Source of the DNA: Spirochaetales bacterium
Lineage (GTDB): Bacteria > Spirochaetota > Spirochaetia > JABEVK01
Direction: 5' to 3'
Length of the DNA stretch: 64,000 nt
Assembly: GCA_037142615.1 (NCBI GenBank)
Contig: JBAXAI010000001.1
Coordinates: 128,001 to 192,000, forward strand
The position numbers were made by a program, and so were the translations under genes. Positions 34,128 to 45,656 of this stretch are shown here, piece by piece. The stretch's first letter is position 1, and the number at the start of each line of letters is the position of its first letter. Under the pieces are notes generated by a model. It made no database searches. It saw nothing but the letters and a program-made list of their open reading frames with translations, and was not told the DNA's origin.

Positions 34128-36962
34128 ATGGACAAACTGATCATCAAGGGTGCGCGCGAGCACAATCTCAAGAACATCGACTTGGAACTTCCGCGCGACA
34201 AGCTCATTGTCATCTCGGGAAAGAGCGGTTCCGGCAAGTCCTCGCTGGCATTCGACACGATTTTTGCCGAAGGGCAGCGTCGGTACGTCGAGAGCCTTTC
34301 GGCCTACGCGCGCCAGTTCTTGGGACGTCTCGACAAGCCCGACGTCGATTATATCGAAGGCCTTTCGCCGGCAATTTCGATCGAGCAGAAGACGACCCAC
34401 AGAAACCCCCGGTCCACGGTGGGAACCGTCACCGAAATTTACGACTACTACCGCCTGTTCTACGCCCGCATCGGAAAACCCCAATGTCCGGAATGCGGTC
34501 GCCCCATCGAGAAGAAGACCGTCGACCAGATCATCGACGCGGTGGCTTCGCTGGGCGAGGGCGCAAAGCTTACGCTGCTTTCGCCGGTGATCCGGGGCAA
34601 GAAAGGCGAGCACCTCAAGGTGTTGGAAGACGCCAAGCGACTGGGTTATCAGCGGGCCAGGGTCGATGGCGAACTTCGCACCCTCGAAGAAGAGATTCTC
34701 CTCGACAAGAAAAAAAAGCACACCGTCGAAGTCGTCGTCGATCGTCTGGTTTATTCCCCTGAGCAACGCGGACGCCTGGCCGAGGCCGTCGAGGCGGCCC
34801 TTTCGATGTCGGAGGGCCAGGTTCTGGTGCTCGAAAAGACCGAAACCGCCGAAAACGAGCATTTCTACTCCGAAAAAGGCAGTTGCCCGGTCCACACCGA
34901 GGTCGGTTTTCCCGATCTGGAACCCCGGTTGTTCAGTTTCAACAACCCCTTCGGCGCCTGCCCGGCGTGCAGCGGTCTCGGCGTGACGATGGAGTTTTCT
35001 CCCGAGCTGATCATGCCCGACAAGAGGCTGTCGTTCAACGAAGGAGGAATCGTACCGTACAACCCCGAGGCCAACTGGCACCGTTCCTGGTTCGAGGCTC
35101 TGTCGCGCAACTTGAACTTCAGTCTCGATACACCGCTGGAAGATCTTCCCCCATCGGTGCTCGACTCGATGATTCATGGTACCGACAAAGCGATTGACGT
35201 GGTGTACCAAAACACCTCGGGAACGGGAAAGTTCGAGTATACAAGCCAGTTCAAGGGAATCCTCAAGGATCTTCGCCGGCGCTACCACGAGACGACCAGC
35301 GAGGGCATCAAGAGCTGGCTCGAAAAGTTCCAGGTGCAGAAACCCTGTGAAGAGTGCCAGGGGCGCCGTCTGAAAAAAGAGGCCCTTTCGGTGTACGTGG
35401 GCGGTACCAACATCCACGACCTGAGCCAGATGACCGTTGCAGACACGATTTCGTTCTTGAAGGGGCTCAAGCTGAACGTCAATGAAACCAAGATCGTTGA
35501 CCAGGTGTTCAAGGAGATCCAAGCCCGTTTAGGTTTCCTCGCCAGTGTCGGCTTGGACTATCTCAGCCTCGAGCGCAAGGCCGGCACCCTTTCCGGAGGC
35601 GAAGCGCAGCGCATCCGGCTCGCCACCCAAATCGGGAGCCAGTTGGTCGGCGTGCTCTACATTCTTGACGAACCGACGATCGGCCTTCACCAGCGCGACA
35701 ACGAACGTCTGATCGACACCCTCAAGCACCTGCGTGATATCGGCAACACTCTGATCGTGGTTGAGCACGACGAGCAGACCATCCGCACAGCCGACTACGT
35801 CGTCGACCTGGGGCCGGGGAGCGGAATCCACGGCGGTTACATCATTGCCCAGGGTACGGTGGCTGAAATCCTTGCTAACCCTAACTCCATCACAGGTCAG
35901 TATTTGACTGGGGCAATCCAGATTGAAGACCGTGATGAGCGGCGCTCTGGAACCGGTCAGTGGCTCGAGCTTGAGGGTGCCACCGAGCACAACCTCAAAG
36001 GCATCAACGTCAAGTTTCCGGTAGGAACACTCAGCGTGATCACGGGGGTTTCGGGGTCGGGTAAGTCCACCCTGATGAGCGATATCCTGTACCCTGCGCT
36101 GGTCAACAACCTGACCCGCGAGTCGCCGATCCCGGTCGGTGCCCACACCAAGCTCAAGGGCATCATGAACTTCGACAAGGTCATTTCGATCGACCAGAGC
36201 GCTATCGGTCGCACCCCGCGGTCTAACCCGGCCACCTACATCGGTGTGTTCGGCGCCATCCGTGACCTCTACGCCACCCTGCCTGAATCCAAGGCGCGCG
36301 GGTACAAACCGGGCCGCTTCAGTTTCAACGTCAAGGGTGGCCGCTGCGAAAACTGCGAGGGCGACGGCTCGATACAAATCGAAATGCACTTCTTGCCCGA
36401 CGTTTACGTAACCTGCGACGTCTGCCATGGAAAACGCTTCAACCGCGAGACTCTGGAGGTTCGCTACAAAGGCAGGAACATCCACGAAGTGCTCGAAATG
36501 CCTGTCGACGAGGCGGCCGACTTTTTTACCGGGATCACGCCGATCGCCCATAAACTCCGGACCCTGCAGTCCGTCGGCCTCGGTTACATCAAGCTCGGCC
36601 AGTCGGCGCTGACGCTGTCCGGAGGCGAGGCCCAGCGGGTCAAGCTTTCGCTCGAGCTTTCCAAGCGGAGCACGGGCAAAACGGTGTACGTGATCGACGA
36701 GCCGACCACCGGTCTGCACTTCGCCGACGTCAAGCAGCTCATCGAAGTGCTCCAGAGATTGGTTGACCTTGGCAACACCGTCATCCTCATTGAGCACAAC
36801 CTCGACGTGATCAAACAGTCGGACTGGATCGTGGATCTGGGCCCCGAGGGCGGCGCTCGCGGCGGCCAGGTGATGGTGATGGGCACCCCGGAAGACGTAG
36901 CCGCGCACCAAAGCTCGCACACCGGGCGCTTCCTGAGGGAACTGCTCAAGACTCGGTCCTGA
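34128..36962 (+). CDS. uvrA: Excinuclease ABC subunit A
   Basis: [10 protein letters not shown], two ABC ATPase modules, zinc fingers, LSGGEAQR. Confidence 0.99.
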   Translation: MDKLIIKGAREHNLKNIDLELPRDKLIVISGKSGSGKSSLAFDTIFAEGQRRYVESLSAYARQFLGRLDKPDVDYIEGLSPAISIEQKTTHRNPRSTVGTVTEIYDYYRLFYARIGKPQCPECGRPIEKKTVDQIIDAVASLGEGAKLTLLSPVIRGKKGEHLKVLEDAKRLGYQRARVDGELRTLEEEILLDKKKKHTVEVVVDRLVYSPEQRGRLAEAVEAALSMSEGQVLVLEKTETAENEHFYSEKGSCPVHTEVGFPDLEPRLFSFNNPFGACPACSGLGVTMEFSPELIMPDKRLSFNEGGIVPYNPEANWHRSWFEALSRNLNFSLDTPLEDLPPSVLDSMIHGTDKAIDVVYQNTSGTGKFEYTSQFKGILKDLRRRYHETTSEGIKSWLEKFQVQKPCEECQGRRLKKEALSVYVGGTNIHDLSQMTVADTISFLKGLKLNVNETKIVDQVFKEIQARLGFLASVGLDYLSLERKAGTLSGGEAQRIRLATQIGSQLVGVLYILDEPTIGLHQRDNERLIDTLKHLRDIGNTLIVVEHDEQTIRTADYVVDLGPGSGIHGGYIIAQGTVAEILANPNSITGQYLTGAIQIEDRDERRSGTGQWLELEGATEHNLKGINVKFPVGTLSVITGVSGSGKSTLMSDILYPALVNNLTRESPIPVGAHTKLKGIMNFDKVISIDQSAIGRTPRSNPATYIGVFGAIRDLYATLPESKARGYKPGRFSFNVKGGRCENCEGDGSIQIEMHFLPDVYVTCDVCHGKRFNRETLEVRYKGRNIHEVLEMPVDEAADFFTGITPIAHKLRTLQSVGLGYIKLGQSALTLSGGEAQRVKLSLELSKRSTGKTVYVIDEPTTGLHFADVKQLIEVLQRLVDLGNTVILIEHNLDVIKQSDWIVDLGPEGGARGGQVMVMGTPEDVAAHQSSHTGRFLRELLKTRS

Positions 36963-36969
36963 GCGCACC

Positions 36970-39900
36970 GTGGCCAAGCGACCGCTTCTGCTGGCGTGTC
37001 TTCTTCTCATCTTCGGGGTGCCTCTGTCGGGGCAGGCTGACGACCCTGGCGGCGAAGATCCCCAGGTGCTGGAACTCCGGACGTCGGGCTATTATGAATT
37101 GGTCGCGCGGGCTCGAGCCTTGGGCCTGCCCGAAACCGGCGGGGTGAGCGAGCTGCGGCAAAGCATCGCGACCAAACTTGGCTTGGTCCTCCCTTCTGTC
37201 GAAAAGAACGCGGGCAAAACCCTCACCATCGACTCGGCCCAGGAGGCGGGCGTGATGAACGTCGATGTGACCGGGGGTGGCAAGCTCATTCACCTCAGCG
37301 GAGATCTCCAGGTGACTCTGGAAGACCTCGACAAGAAGGTGACCCACATCATCGAGGCCGACGAGCTGTGGTATGACCAGGATTCTGGAGAGATGACCGC
37401 CCGCGGCAACGTCAAATACACCATGATCCGCGAGAGCTCGCGGGAAACCTTTCGAGGTGAGAGCCTGACCTTTCGCCTGTCCGATGCCCAGGGAGTCTTC
37501 TATGGCGGGAGTTCCGACCGTTCCCGCAGCGTGGCCGACCAGAATCTGGTCTTTCGTTACCAGGGTGACGCCATTCGGCGCTCCGCCGGTGATGTGGTTG
37601 TTCTCGACTCGGGAACGATCACTTCGAGCCTTGGCGAGGACCCGTACTACCACGTTCAGGCCCGCAAGATCTGGGTACTCCGTCCCGGCGAGTGGGGCCT
37701 TCAAGACGCGGTGCTGTACCTCGGGCACATCCCTGTCTTCTGGTTTCCGTTCTATTTCCAGCCCAGCGACGAAATGGTGTTCAACCCGGTTTTGACGTTT
37801 TCGGACGCAACCGGTCGCCGCGGAACTTCACTGCAGACAACGACCTATGTCTTTGGGCAAAAGAAGAAGGACGCGGCGCCGCTGAGCTTCCTCCAGGTCG
37901 ACGACTCTTCCACCGTCGATAAGGGGAAAGTCCTGCGCGGCTTGTACTTGACCCGAGGCAAGCCTGCCGCGACCACCGTTCCCTCTTCCTGGTCGCTCAA
38001 AGTGTTGGCAGACTTCTACTCCCGGCTCGGCATGCTGGTCGGGGTCGATGCCAATCTTCCCGGTTTGGGGTCGCTAAAGACTTTCCAAGTCACCATGGGA
38101 ATGGGAATTACCAGGAACGTCACCTCCGACGGAGCCACTTATTCGGCGAGCCCTTTTGATTCGCTTTTAGCTCCTGGCGAGCAGTCGCACTGGAACAGCA
38201 GCGCCGTTCTCGGCGTGACGGTGCCGTTTCGGTGGGGAGGGACGCTGGAACTTTCAGACTCCTGGTGGAACCTCAGCGGACAGTTCGACTCCGACCCCGT
38301 TTTCTGGGGTGACCTGACTTCGGGTCGTTCAGAAAACTTCAGCATGCTCGCCCTGCTGGGTCTTGGGCCGGCGACAAAGACGGCGGCCCGGTCCAACCTG
38401 GGGAGTTTGGTCTGGAAGATGAGTGCTACACTTCCGTCAACCCTTCCGGGACTGCAAGCGAGTGCCCAAGGAACTTGGAACTGGGATGTAAAGAAATCCG
38501 TCCCCGCAAAACTCGCCGAAGATCCTCAGTCGTCGTTCTTTGTGCCGGGCCAGCTCTTTCTCCCCAGCCTGAGCCTTCAGTGGGGCGGTGACCTGCTCAA
38601 GGTGGAGGCGACCAAGGTTTCCCTCGCAGAAAGCCAACTTCCCGACCTGCTTCCCCTCAGTCCAAGCCCGCAGTCCCCCGAAAGCGTGGCTGAGGCTGCG
38701 CCGCCGGGTGCGTCGAGTGACCTTCCCGAACTGCTGAGCTCAGCGCTCCTTGCCTCGCTGACGGTTCCTGGGGCCCCCGCTACTTGGACCCAGTCGCTCA
38801 CCTGGAACGTCAACCCGCTGTTCCGTCTCGACACGCGCTTTGACAACAGTCGGGTTCTGCAAGCCCAGGATTCCAACAGCGAGATTCAGAGTTCCCGCTG
38901 GACTGGCTCTTGGGACGGGCGAATGGCCTACAACGGGAGCTTGAGCAACTCAGGTTTCACCGTGGGCAGTACGGTCTCCCTGCATCAGCAGATGCAGCAG
39001 GCCTGGTATCTTTCGCCTTCGACGGCACCGGCCCAAAAGACGGCTTCCGACCTCCAAGATTCCCAGCAGACCAACAGTCTGGCTCAAGCGACGATCACGG
39101 CGGCCTGGAAGCCCCTGGGCGGGTTACACGCCTGGCAAGACTCTTCGTTGGGCTACACACTGGGCACGCGTCTGTGGGAAAACAAGGATGGAAAGGACTC
39201 GTTCTTCGACCTTTCTACGGCGTCTATCCTCGCGAATCAGTTTACCGCCCAGGCCAACTGGCAGGCCCTCGACACCCTCAAGTTGGGTTTTAGCTGGCGC
39301 AACGTTCTTCCTCCGCAGACCACCAACTTGTCGGGAGGGGCTTCACTTGACTACCAGATTCCTCTGGGGCACCTGACAACGAGGACCCAATGGAAAAATA
39401 CCGGGGCCGACTGGAAGTCCGATCCTTGGGAATCGAGTCTTGAGGTGACACCGCTTGAGGGCCTTACTTTCAAAGAGTCGTTCGTGTACGACCTGGTGAA
39501 GTACCAACCGCAGAGTTCAACAACTCAGGTGACTTGGGCCGGACTGGCGCTTCAATATCGGCAACTGCAGACCCTCGGGTACCACTTTGACCCCGTCACC
39601 CGACGCTGGGTCGCTACAGGAGTCACCGATTTTCTGCCCCAGGAACTCAACACGACCTACAGCCTCACCGTGCCTCTGCAGCAGAGCTGGGAAAACCGCC
39701 AGTCGGTTTCGGGCAACTTCAGCTTTTCGTGGCCGATCAACCTTCAGCAGATTTCTCAGATGCCGGTGAGTTTCAACTATGGCCTGCAGTACAAACTCTA
39801 CCGGTTTGTCGATTTGCAGATCAGCCAGAGCGTTGTCAACCGAACCGTGTTCCTCTACTTCCCTTGGCTCATCGACTCGTTGGGGGTGAGCAACATCCAG

Positions 39901-40194
39901 TCGGTTAACTTCCTCACCGACGTCTGGGACTCCCTGTCGTTCTGGGACGACGTGGCCCGGCATCGGGCCGGGTTCAAGATGAGCTCGCTGAGTGTTTCGC
40001 TGGTCCACTACCTGGAAGACTGGCAGCTCAAGATCGCCTACTCCGGATCACCGCAGTTGGCCGGTACCAAGCCGCAGTTTCAATGGACAGGCACGCTGAG
40101 CGTGACCGCTCAGTGGCTCCCCGTCCCCGAGCTCAAGACTCAGCTTCAGTGGGACAAAGACGGAAAGCTCTCCATTCCCCGCAATTCGCCCTGA
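36970..40194 (+). CDS. LptD-like outer-membrane beta-barrel protein
   Basis: Signal peptide; OstA-like N-domain (ADELWYD, ARGNV, PYYHVQARKIWV, GHIPVFWFP); beta-rich C-terminal region. Confidence 0.75.
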   Translation: MAKRPLLLACLLLIFGVPLSGQADDPGGEDPQVLELRTSGYYELVARARALGLPETGGVSELRQSIATKLGLVLPSVEKNAGKTLTIDSAQEAGVMNVDVTGGGKLIHLSGDLQVTLEDLDKKVTHIIEADELWYDQDSGEMTARGNVKYTMIRESSRETFRGESLTFRLSDAQGVFYGGSSDRSRSVADQNLVFRYQGDAIRRSAGDVVVLDSGTITSSLGEDPYYHVQARKIWVLRPGEWGLQDAVLYLGHIPVFWFPFYFQPSDEMVFNPVLTFSDATGRRGTSLQTTTYVFGQKKKDAAPLSFLQVDDSSTVDKGKVLRGLYLTRGKPAATTVPSSWSLKVLADFYSRLGMLVGVDANLPGLGSLKTFQVTMGMGITRNVTSDGATYSASPFDSLLAPGEQSHWNSSAVLGVTVPFRWGGTLELSDSWWNLSGQFDSDPVFWGDLTSGRSENFSMLALLGLGPATKTAARSNLGSLVWKMSATLPSTLPGLQASAQGTWNWDVKKSVPAKLAEDPQSSFFVPGQLFLPSLSLQWGGDLLKVEATKVSLAESQLPDLLPLSPSPQSPESVAEAAPPGASSDLPELLSSALLASLTVPGAPATWTQSLTWNVNPLFRLDTRFDNSRVLQAQDSNSEIQSSRWTGSWDGRMAYNGSLSNSGFTVGSTVSLHQQMQQAWYLSPSTAPAQKTASDLQDSQQTNSLAQATITAAWKPLGGLHAWQDSSLGYTLGTRLWENKDGKDSFFDLSTASILANQFTAQANWQALDTLKLGFSWRNVLPPQTTNLSGGASLDYQIPLGHLTTRTQWKNTGADWKSDPWESSLEVTPLEGLTFKESFVYDLVKYQPQSSTTQVTWAGLALQYRQLQTLGYHFDPVTRRWVATGVTDFLPQELNTTYSLTVPLQQSWENRQSVSGNFSFSWPINLQQISQMPVSFNYGLQYKLYRFVDLQISQSVVNRTVFLYFPWLIDSLGVSNIQSVNFLTDVWDSLSFWDDVARHRAGFKMSSLSVSLVHYLEDWQLKIAYSGSPQLAGTKPQFQWTGTLSVTAQWLPVPELKTQLQWDKDGKLSIPRNSP

Positions 40195-40203
40195 CACCAG
40201 TTC

Positions 40204-40232
40204 TTGACCGAGACCGGGGGTGCGACTAGACT
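40204..40232 (+). promoter_or_regulatory. Sigma70-like promoter of the phoH-ybeY operon
   Basis: TTGACC-17-TAGACT. Confidence 0.6.
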
Positions 40233-40253
40233 CTGGACTTCAAGGGGGATGGC

Positions 40254-41213
40254 CTGACCGCTACAACGAAGTTCGTCATCGACGACGAAGATTTTCTCGG
40301 GCAGTTGTGCACAGCGGGCAATCAGAACCTGCTGGAACTGGAAGTTGTGCTCGGTTCACCCGTTTTCTCACTTGGCAATGAAGTGCATTTACGTACCGAG
40401 GACGAACCCGTCAAAGAGCGCTTCGACCTCCTGCTGCGTACCCTCCAGAAGCATCACAACCTAGGGCATACCGTCAGCCCGGACCTGATCCAGTCGCTGT
40501 CAGAGACCCTCAGCGGCGACGACCCGACGAGGTTGCAGACCTTTCAAGACTCGGCCGTGCTGATCCCCGGCGGGTTGGTCAAGGTGTTTCCCCGGGGCTG
40601 GCACCAGGCCCGCTACATCGATGCGATCCGACGCTCCGACGTCACGTTCGGCATCGGCCCCGCCGGCACTGGAAAAACTTACCTCGCCATTGCTCAGGCG
40701 CTCCTCGAGGTGCTCACGAAGAAGCGCCGCAAGCTCGTGCTGACCAGACCGGTGGTCGAAGCCGGTGAGAATCTCGGATTTCTTCCCGGTGACTTGTCCC
40801 AGAAAATCAGCCCGTACCTTCGGCCACTCTACGACGCCATGGAAGACTTGGTTCCAGCCGAGATTCTCAATCGCCTGGAGGAGAACCGCGTCATCGAGAT
40901 TGCCCCCCTGGCCTACATGCGTGGTCGCAGCCTCAAGAACTGCTTCGTCATCCTCGACGAGGCGCAAAACACGACGCGAACACAGATGAAGATGTTCCTC
41001 ACCAGGCTCGGCGAGGGGGCCAAGGCCGTCATCACCGGCGACCTGACGCAGGTCGATCTGCCCCGGGCTCAGGAATCCGGACTGTTGCACGCCCGCCGTA
41101 TTCTGGAAGGCATGCCTGAGGTCCAATTTGTCGAGTTCGAAAAGAAGGACGTGGTCCGAAGCACCCTCGTCCGCCGCATCATCGAGGCCTACGAGACCCA
41201 TGAAGGTTCCTGA
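40254..41213 (+). CDS. phoH: PhoH-family ATPase (YbeZ-like); probable CTG start
   Basis: GPAGTGKTYLA, RPVVEAGE, GFLPGD, AYMRGR, DEAQN; frame is open back to a TAG at 40227. Confidence 0.92.
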   Translation: MTATTKFVIDDEDFLGQLCTAGNQNLLELEVVLGSPVFSLGNEVHLRTEDEPVKERFDLLLRTLQKHHNLGHTVSPDLIQSLSETLSGDDPTRLQTFQDSAVLIPGGLVKVFPRGWHQARYIDAIRRSDVTFGIGPAGTGKTYLAIAQALLEVLTKKRRKLVLTRPVVEAGENLGFLPGDLSQKISPYLRPLYDAMEDLVPAEILNRLEENRVIEIAPLAYMRGRSLKNCFVILDEAQNTTRTQMKMFLTRLGEGAKAVITGDLTQVDLPRAQESGLLHARRILEGMPEVQFVEFEKKDVVRSTLVRRIIEAYETHEGS

Positions 41214-41676
41214 ACTCGAAGTGTTTCTCGACGGTGTCGAAGCTCCCTGGATCGAGGCCTACCACCAGTTTCTTCTCCAGGCTCTGGAAGCCGTTGGAGC
41301 TCGCGACCACGAAGTTTCGGTGACACTTTGCACCGACCCGGTCATCCGAGCGCTCAATCGTCAATGGCGGGGAAAAGACGAGGCCACCGACGTGCTCAGT
41401 TTCGAGGCCGATCCCGAAGTCGACCCGTTGGCATTGTCACCGGAGTCCCGGGCACCGCGGAGCCAAGGATGCTATGGCGACCTGGTGATCAGCATGGACA
41501 CATTGCACGCCAACAGTGCATACTTCTCGGTGAATTGGGAAGAAGAGCTCAAGCGGGTCTCCGTGCATGGCTTTCTCCATCTCATGGGCTGGGACCATGC
41601 TTCCAACGAGGAGTCCGAGCCAATGTTGCGACTTCAGGAGCGGCTCCTGCTCGATTTCAAGGAACGGAAATTTTGA
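41200..41676 (+). CDS. ybeY: rRNA maturation endoribonuclease YbeY
   Basis: LNRQWRGKDEATDVLSF and HGFLHLMGWDH. Confidence 0.95.
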   Translation: MKVPELEVFLDGVEAPWIEAYHQFLLQALEAVGARDHEVSVTLCTDPVIRALNRQWRGKDEATDVLSFEADPEVDPLALSPESRAPRSQGCYGDLVISMDTLHANSAYFSVNWEEELKRVSVHGFLHLMGWDHASNEESEPMLRLQERLLLDFKERKF

Positions 41677-42479
41677 AGAACAAGAACCTGTTCAGCCGGT
41701 TTTTCGGGTTGGGTCGCCGCGGGCCCGCCGAGCCTCAACTGGACGAGCTCAACAGCGAAGAAAAAGAGATGATCCAGGGGGTCGTCGAACTCGGCGATAC
41801 CACGGTCAAGGAAGTTATCGTTCCCCGGATCGATGTGATTTTTCTCAACGAAGAAATTGCGTTCCCGGAAATGATGGAACGGATCACTGAGAGCGGTCAT
41901 TCCCGGTTTCCCGTGTACCGCGACACCATCGATAACGTGGTCGGCATCCTGTACGTCAAGGACCTTCTCCGTCATTTGGCCAAGAACGCGATGCAGATTC
42001 CTTCCACGATGCACTTGGGAACGCTCGTGCGCAAACCCTACTTTGTGCCCGAGAGCAAGAAGCTCGACAGTCTTCTCAAAGAGTTCAAGCGCCGCCGTGT
42101 GCACATCGCCGTCGCTGTTGATGAATATGGTGGTGTGTCGGGTATCGTGTGCATGGAAGACATCATCGAAGAGATCGTCGGTGACATCCAGGACGAGTTT
42201 GACACCTCGGTAGAAGACATTCTGGAAATCGGCGACAAGACCTACCTCTGCGACGCGCGGGTTTCCATCCTCGACCTCAACGAGGTGCTCGGAACCAGCC
42301 TGCCCAACGACGACTTTGATACCCTTGGCGGCTTTGTGTTCGATCTTTTCGGCAAGATCCCGGTCCGGTACGAGAAAGTGAGTTTCCAAGGGGCCGATTT
42401 TATTGTTCAGAACATGGACGGCTACAAGATCCGGACGGTGAAGATCCAGTTCAGTTCCTCACCGGAGGCCCACGAATGA
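41673..42479 (+). CDS. CBS + CorC/HlyC domain protein (YbeX/TlyC-like)
   Basis: VPRID, GHSRFPVY, VDEYGG, EDIIEEIVGDIQDEFD, DTLGGF; TTG start overlapping the ybeY stop. Confidence 0.92.
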   Translation: MKNKNLFSRFFGLGRRGPAEPQLDELNSEEKEMIQGVVELGDTTVKEVIVPRIDVIFLNEEIAFPEMMERITESGHSRFPVYRDTIDNVVGILYVKDLLRHLAKNAMQIPSTMHLGTLVRKPYFVPESKKLDSLLKEFKRRRVHIAVAVDEYGGVSGIVCMEDIIEEIVGDIQDEFDTSVEDILEIGDKTYLCDARVSILDLNEVLGTSLPNDDFDTLGGFVFDLFGKIPVRYEKVSFQGADFIVQNMDGYKIRTVKIQFSSSPEAHE

Positions 42480-44512
42480 TACGCCCCGTTTGGGCTCTGT
42501 TGCTGTTGCTGACGGGTGCCGTTCTGGGCGCGCAAACCGCGCTCGAGTCGTATACCAAGGGTCAGCAGTCCTTCCAGCGCGACGACTACTGGGGTGCCGT
42601 CGACCAGTACCGGCAAGCGCTCAAGGTGAATCCACGCTATCTCGATGCTTTTCAAGGACTTGCAGAAAGCTTCTTTGCTCTCGGCGAATACGATGAGGCC
42701 GGATTGCAGATTCAGGAGGCCCTCAAGCTGGGTAAGCTCAGCGCCAGCGTCAACAACCTCCAGGGGCGCATCCTGCTCGGACAAATGAAACTCGAAGAGG
42801 CCCTGGCGGTCTTTCAGGGCGTCCTGACCCGGGAGCCCAAAAACCAGGGGGCACAGTTCGGTCTGGCAGAATATCAGGTGATGAAAGGCCGTCTGGAACT
42901 GGCAACGAGTCAGTTCGAGGTCTTGCGCCGTGGAGATCCTGCGAGTCTGAGGGCTCTTTTGTCGCTGATGTATGTTGCCTCGGCCCGTGGCGACCGAACG
43001 ACCTTCGACCGGGTTTCCTCTGACGCGTTGCGCCAGTATTCCTCGGATCCGAGGGTGCATTTCGCGATAGCCACCGAGGCCTGGAAGCGTAAGGACAGGG
43101 CCGGTGCACGGGTGGCCCTCGACCGCTTTCTGCTCCTTTCCGGTAAAGATGACTTGCGCGGCTGGCTTTTCCAGACCGAGTTGCTGCTGGACGAAGGCAG
43201 GGACCAAGACGCGCTGTCGACACTCGACGAGAATGTCATCAAGGGGCCCGCTGTCATGCGGGCTGCCAAAGACCCACGCGTTTGGTACCTCCGCGCCGTG
43301 GCGCTGACGCGCTTGGGGCAGAACACCGAAGCCTCGAACTCCTACCGGATGGCGATCAGCTTCGAGCCCGACAACGAGACGTGGAACCTGGGCTACGAGG
43401 CCTGGTTGTTGCGCCAGACGTTGCCCGAGGATCCCTTGCGGGCGGCCCCTGCTCAACGGCACTTCGACCGTGCCCTGGAATTGACGAAAAAAAACTCACT
43501 GTCTCTGGCGCTCGACGAGTGGCGCCGGGGCCTGGCCCTCAATCCGTTGTCCATCCCCGGGCGTCTGGGGCGGGCCGACATCTGGAAACGCCAAGGCTAC
43601 AGGACTTCATCCCTCGAAGAACTCGAGGCAATCAACGCCTTGCAGCCCACCTTCAAGGATGTCGCCTACCTCGATGACCTGGAGATCCAGCGCAGCCAGT
43701 ATTCCGACTCGCTGGCCGCCGGGTGGGGCTTTACCCTCAAAGATCTCGACGGCCTCAACAGTGTCGGCACCAGTCGCTTTTTCCGCCCCTTTGAGGTCGG
43801 CCTCTTTCAAAGTGCTGACGCCTCTTCCACTCAGGAGTATCAGGCTGGCGTAGCCTTCGCCGAGGTCTTTTCCGACGAATGGGAAGCCAGTCGGCAGTTG
43901 CACCTCAATCGTGCCTCGGACTCGAACAAGGCTTGGTCCGTGCAAGGTTTCAACGAGGCGTTTCTTCTGGCTCGAAAGGCCGGGCTGGAGTACTTTGCGC
44001 TTCTGGAAGTCCATCAAGGGCCCCGCGATTTTCAAGCTGACCTCAAGCTCTATCTGGGCCGCACCGGGAGGCTCATCCAAACTTTTTCGGTGTACAAAAA
44101 GGGCCTTCAACCGGTGACTCTCGGGTTGCGTGAACTTGCGGCCACGAGCGCGCAAGCCTTTCCCCTCAGGGGGAGCGTGCTCAAGCGTCAAAACAACGAC
44201 TTTCTGGTCAATCTCGGCAGGAGGGACGGTGTCGCGGCGAACCAGAAGTTCTCGATCATCCGTTCTGGCACCTCGGTGCTTACCGGCGACAAGTCGTGGT
44301 ACAGTTGGAACCCCAGCGATCTCTTCGGCACTTGGACCGTCGCCAGTGTCGACGATTGGACCTCGGCCGGCAAGATGGAAAAGTCCGGCTTTTTCGACAC
44401 GGTTGCCGTCGGGGACGAAGTCCTCTTCGTCAAAGATGTACCGCCGACGCTGGCTTATATACCGCTTCCTGTAACTGCTGTGCTTCAGCGGGATTTATTG
44501 AGCCTTCGGTAA
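42476..44512 (+). CDS. Exported TPR protein with FlgT-C-like terminal domain
   Basis: Signal peptide, multiple TPRs, LVNLGRRDGV motif near the C-terminus. Confidence 0.75.
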   Translation: MIRPVWALLLLLTGAVLGAQTALESYTKGQQSFQRDDYWGAVDQYRQALKVNPRYLDAFQGLAESFFALGEYDEAGLQIQEALKLGKLSASVNNLQGRILLGQMKLEEALAVFQGVLTREPKNQGAQFGLAEYQVMKGRLELATSQFEVLRRGDPASLRALLSLMYVASARGDRTTFDRVSSDALRQYSSDPRVHFAIATEAWKRKDRAGARVALDRFLLLSGKDDLRGWLFQTELLLDEGRDQDALSTLDENVIKGPAVMRAAKDPRVWYLRAVALTRLGQNTEASNSYRMAISFEPDNETWNLGYEAWLLRQTLPEDPLRAAPAQRHFDRALELTKKNSLSLALDEWRRGLALNPLSIPGRLGRADIWKRQGYRTSSLEELEAINALQPTFKDVAYLDDLEIQRSQYSDSLAAGWGFTLKDLDGLNSVGTSRFFRPFEVGLFQSADASSTQEYQAGVAFAEVFSDEWEASRQLHLNRASDSNKAWSVQGFNEAFLLARKAGLEYFALLEVHQGPRDFQADLKLYLGRTGRLIQTFSVYKKGLQPVTLGLRELAATSAQAFPLRGSVLKRQNNDFLVNLGRRDGVAANQKFSIIRSGTSVLTGDKSWYSWNPSDLFGTWTVASVDDWTSAGKMEKSGFFDTVAVGDEVLFVKDVPPTLAYIPLPVTAVLQRDLLSLR

Positions 44513-44518
44513 CAATAA

Positions 44519-45595
<1,077 letters not shown>

Positions 45596-45612
45596 ATCGA
45601 TCTGACACAACG

Positions 45613-45640
45613 AAAAGGCCTCCTCACGGGGGCCTTTTTC
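45613..45640 (+). terminator. Intra-operon stem-loop/intrinsic terminator between gap and pgk
   Basis: AAAAGGCCTCC-TCAC-GGGGGCCTTTTT. Confidence 0.75.
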
Positions 45641-45656
45641 ACATAAGGAGCCTGCA

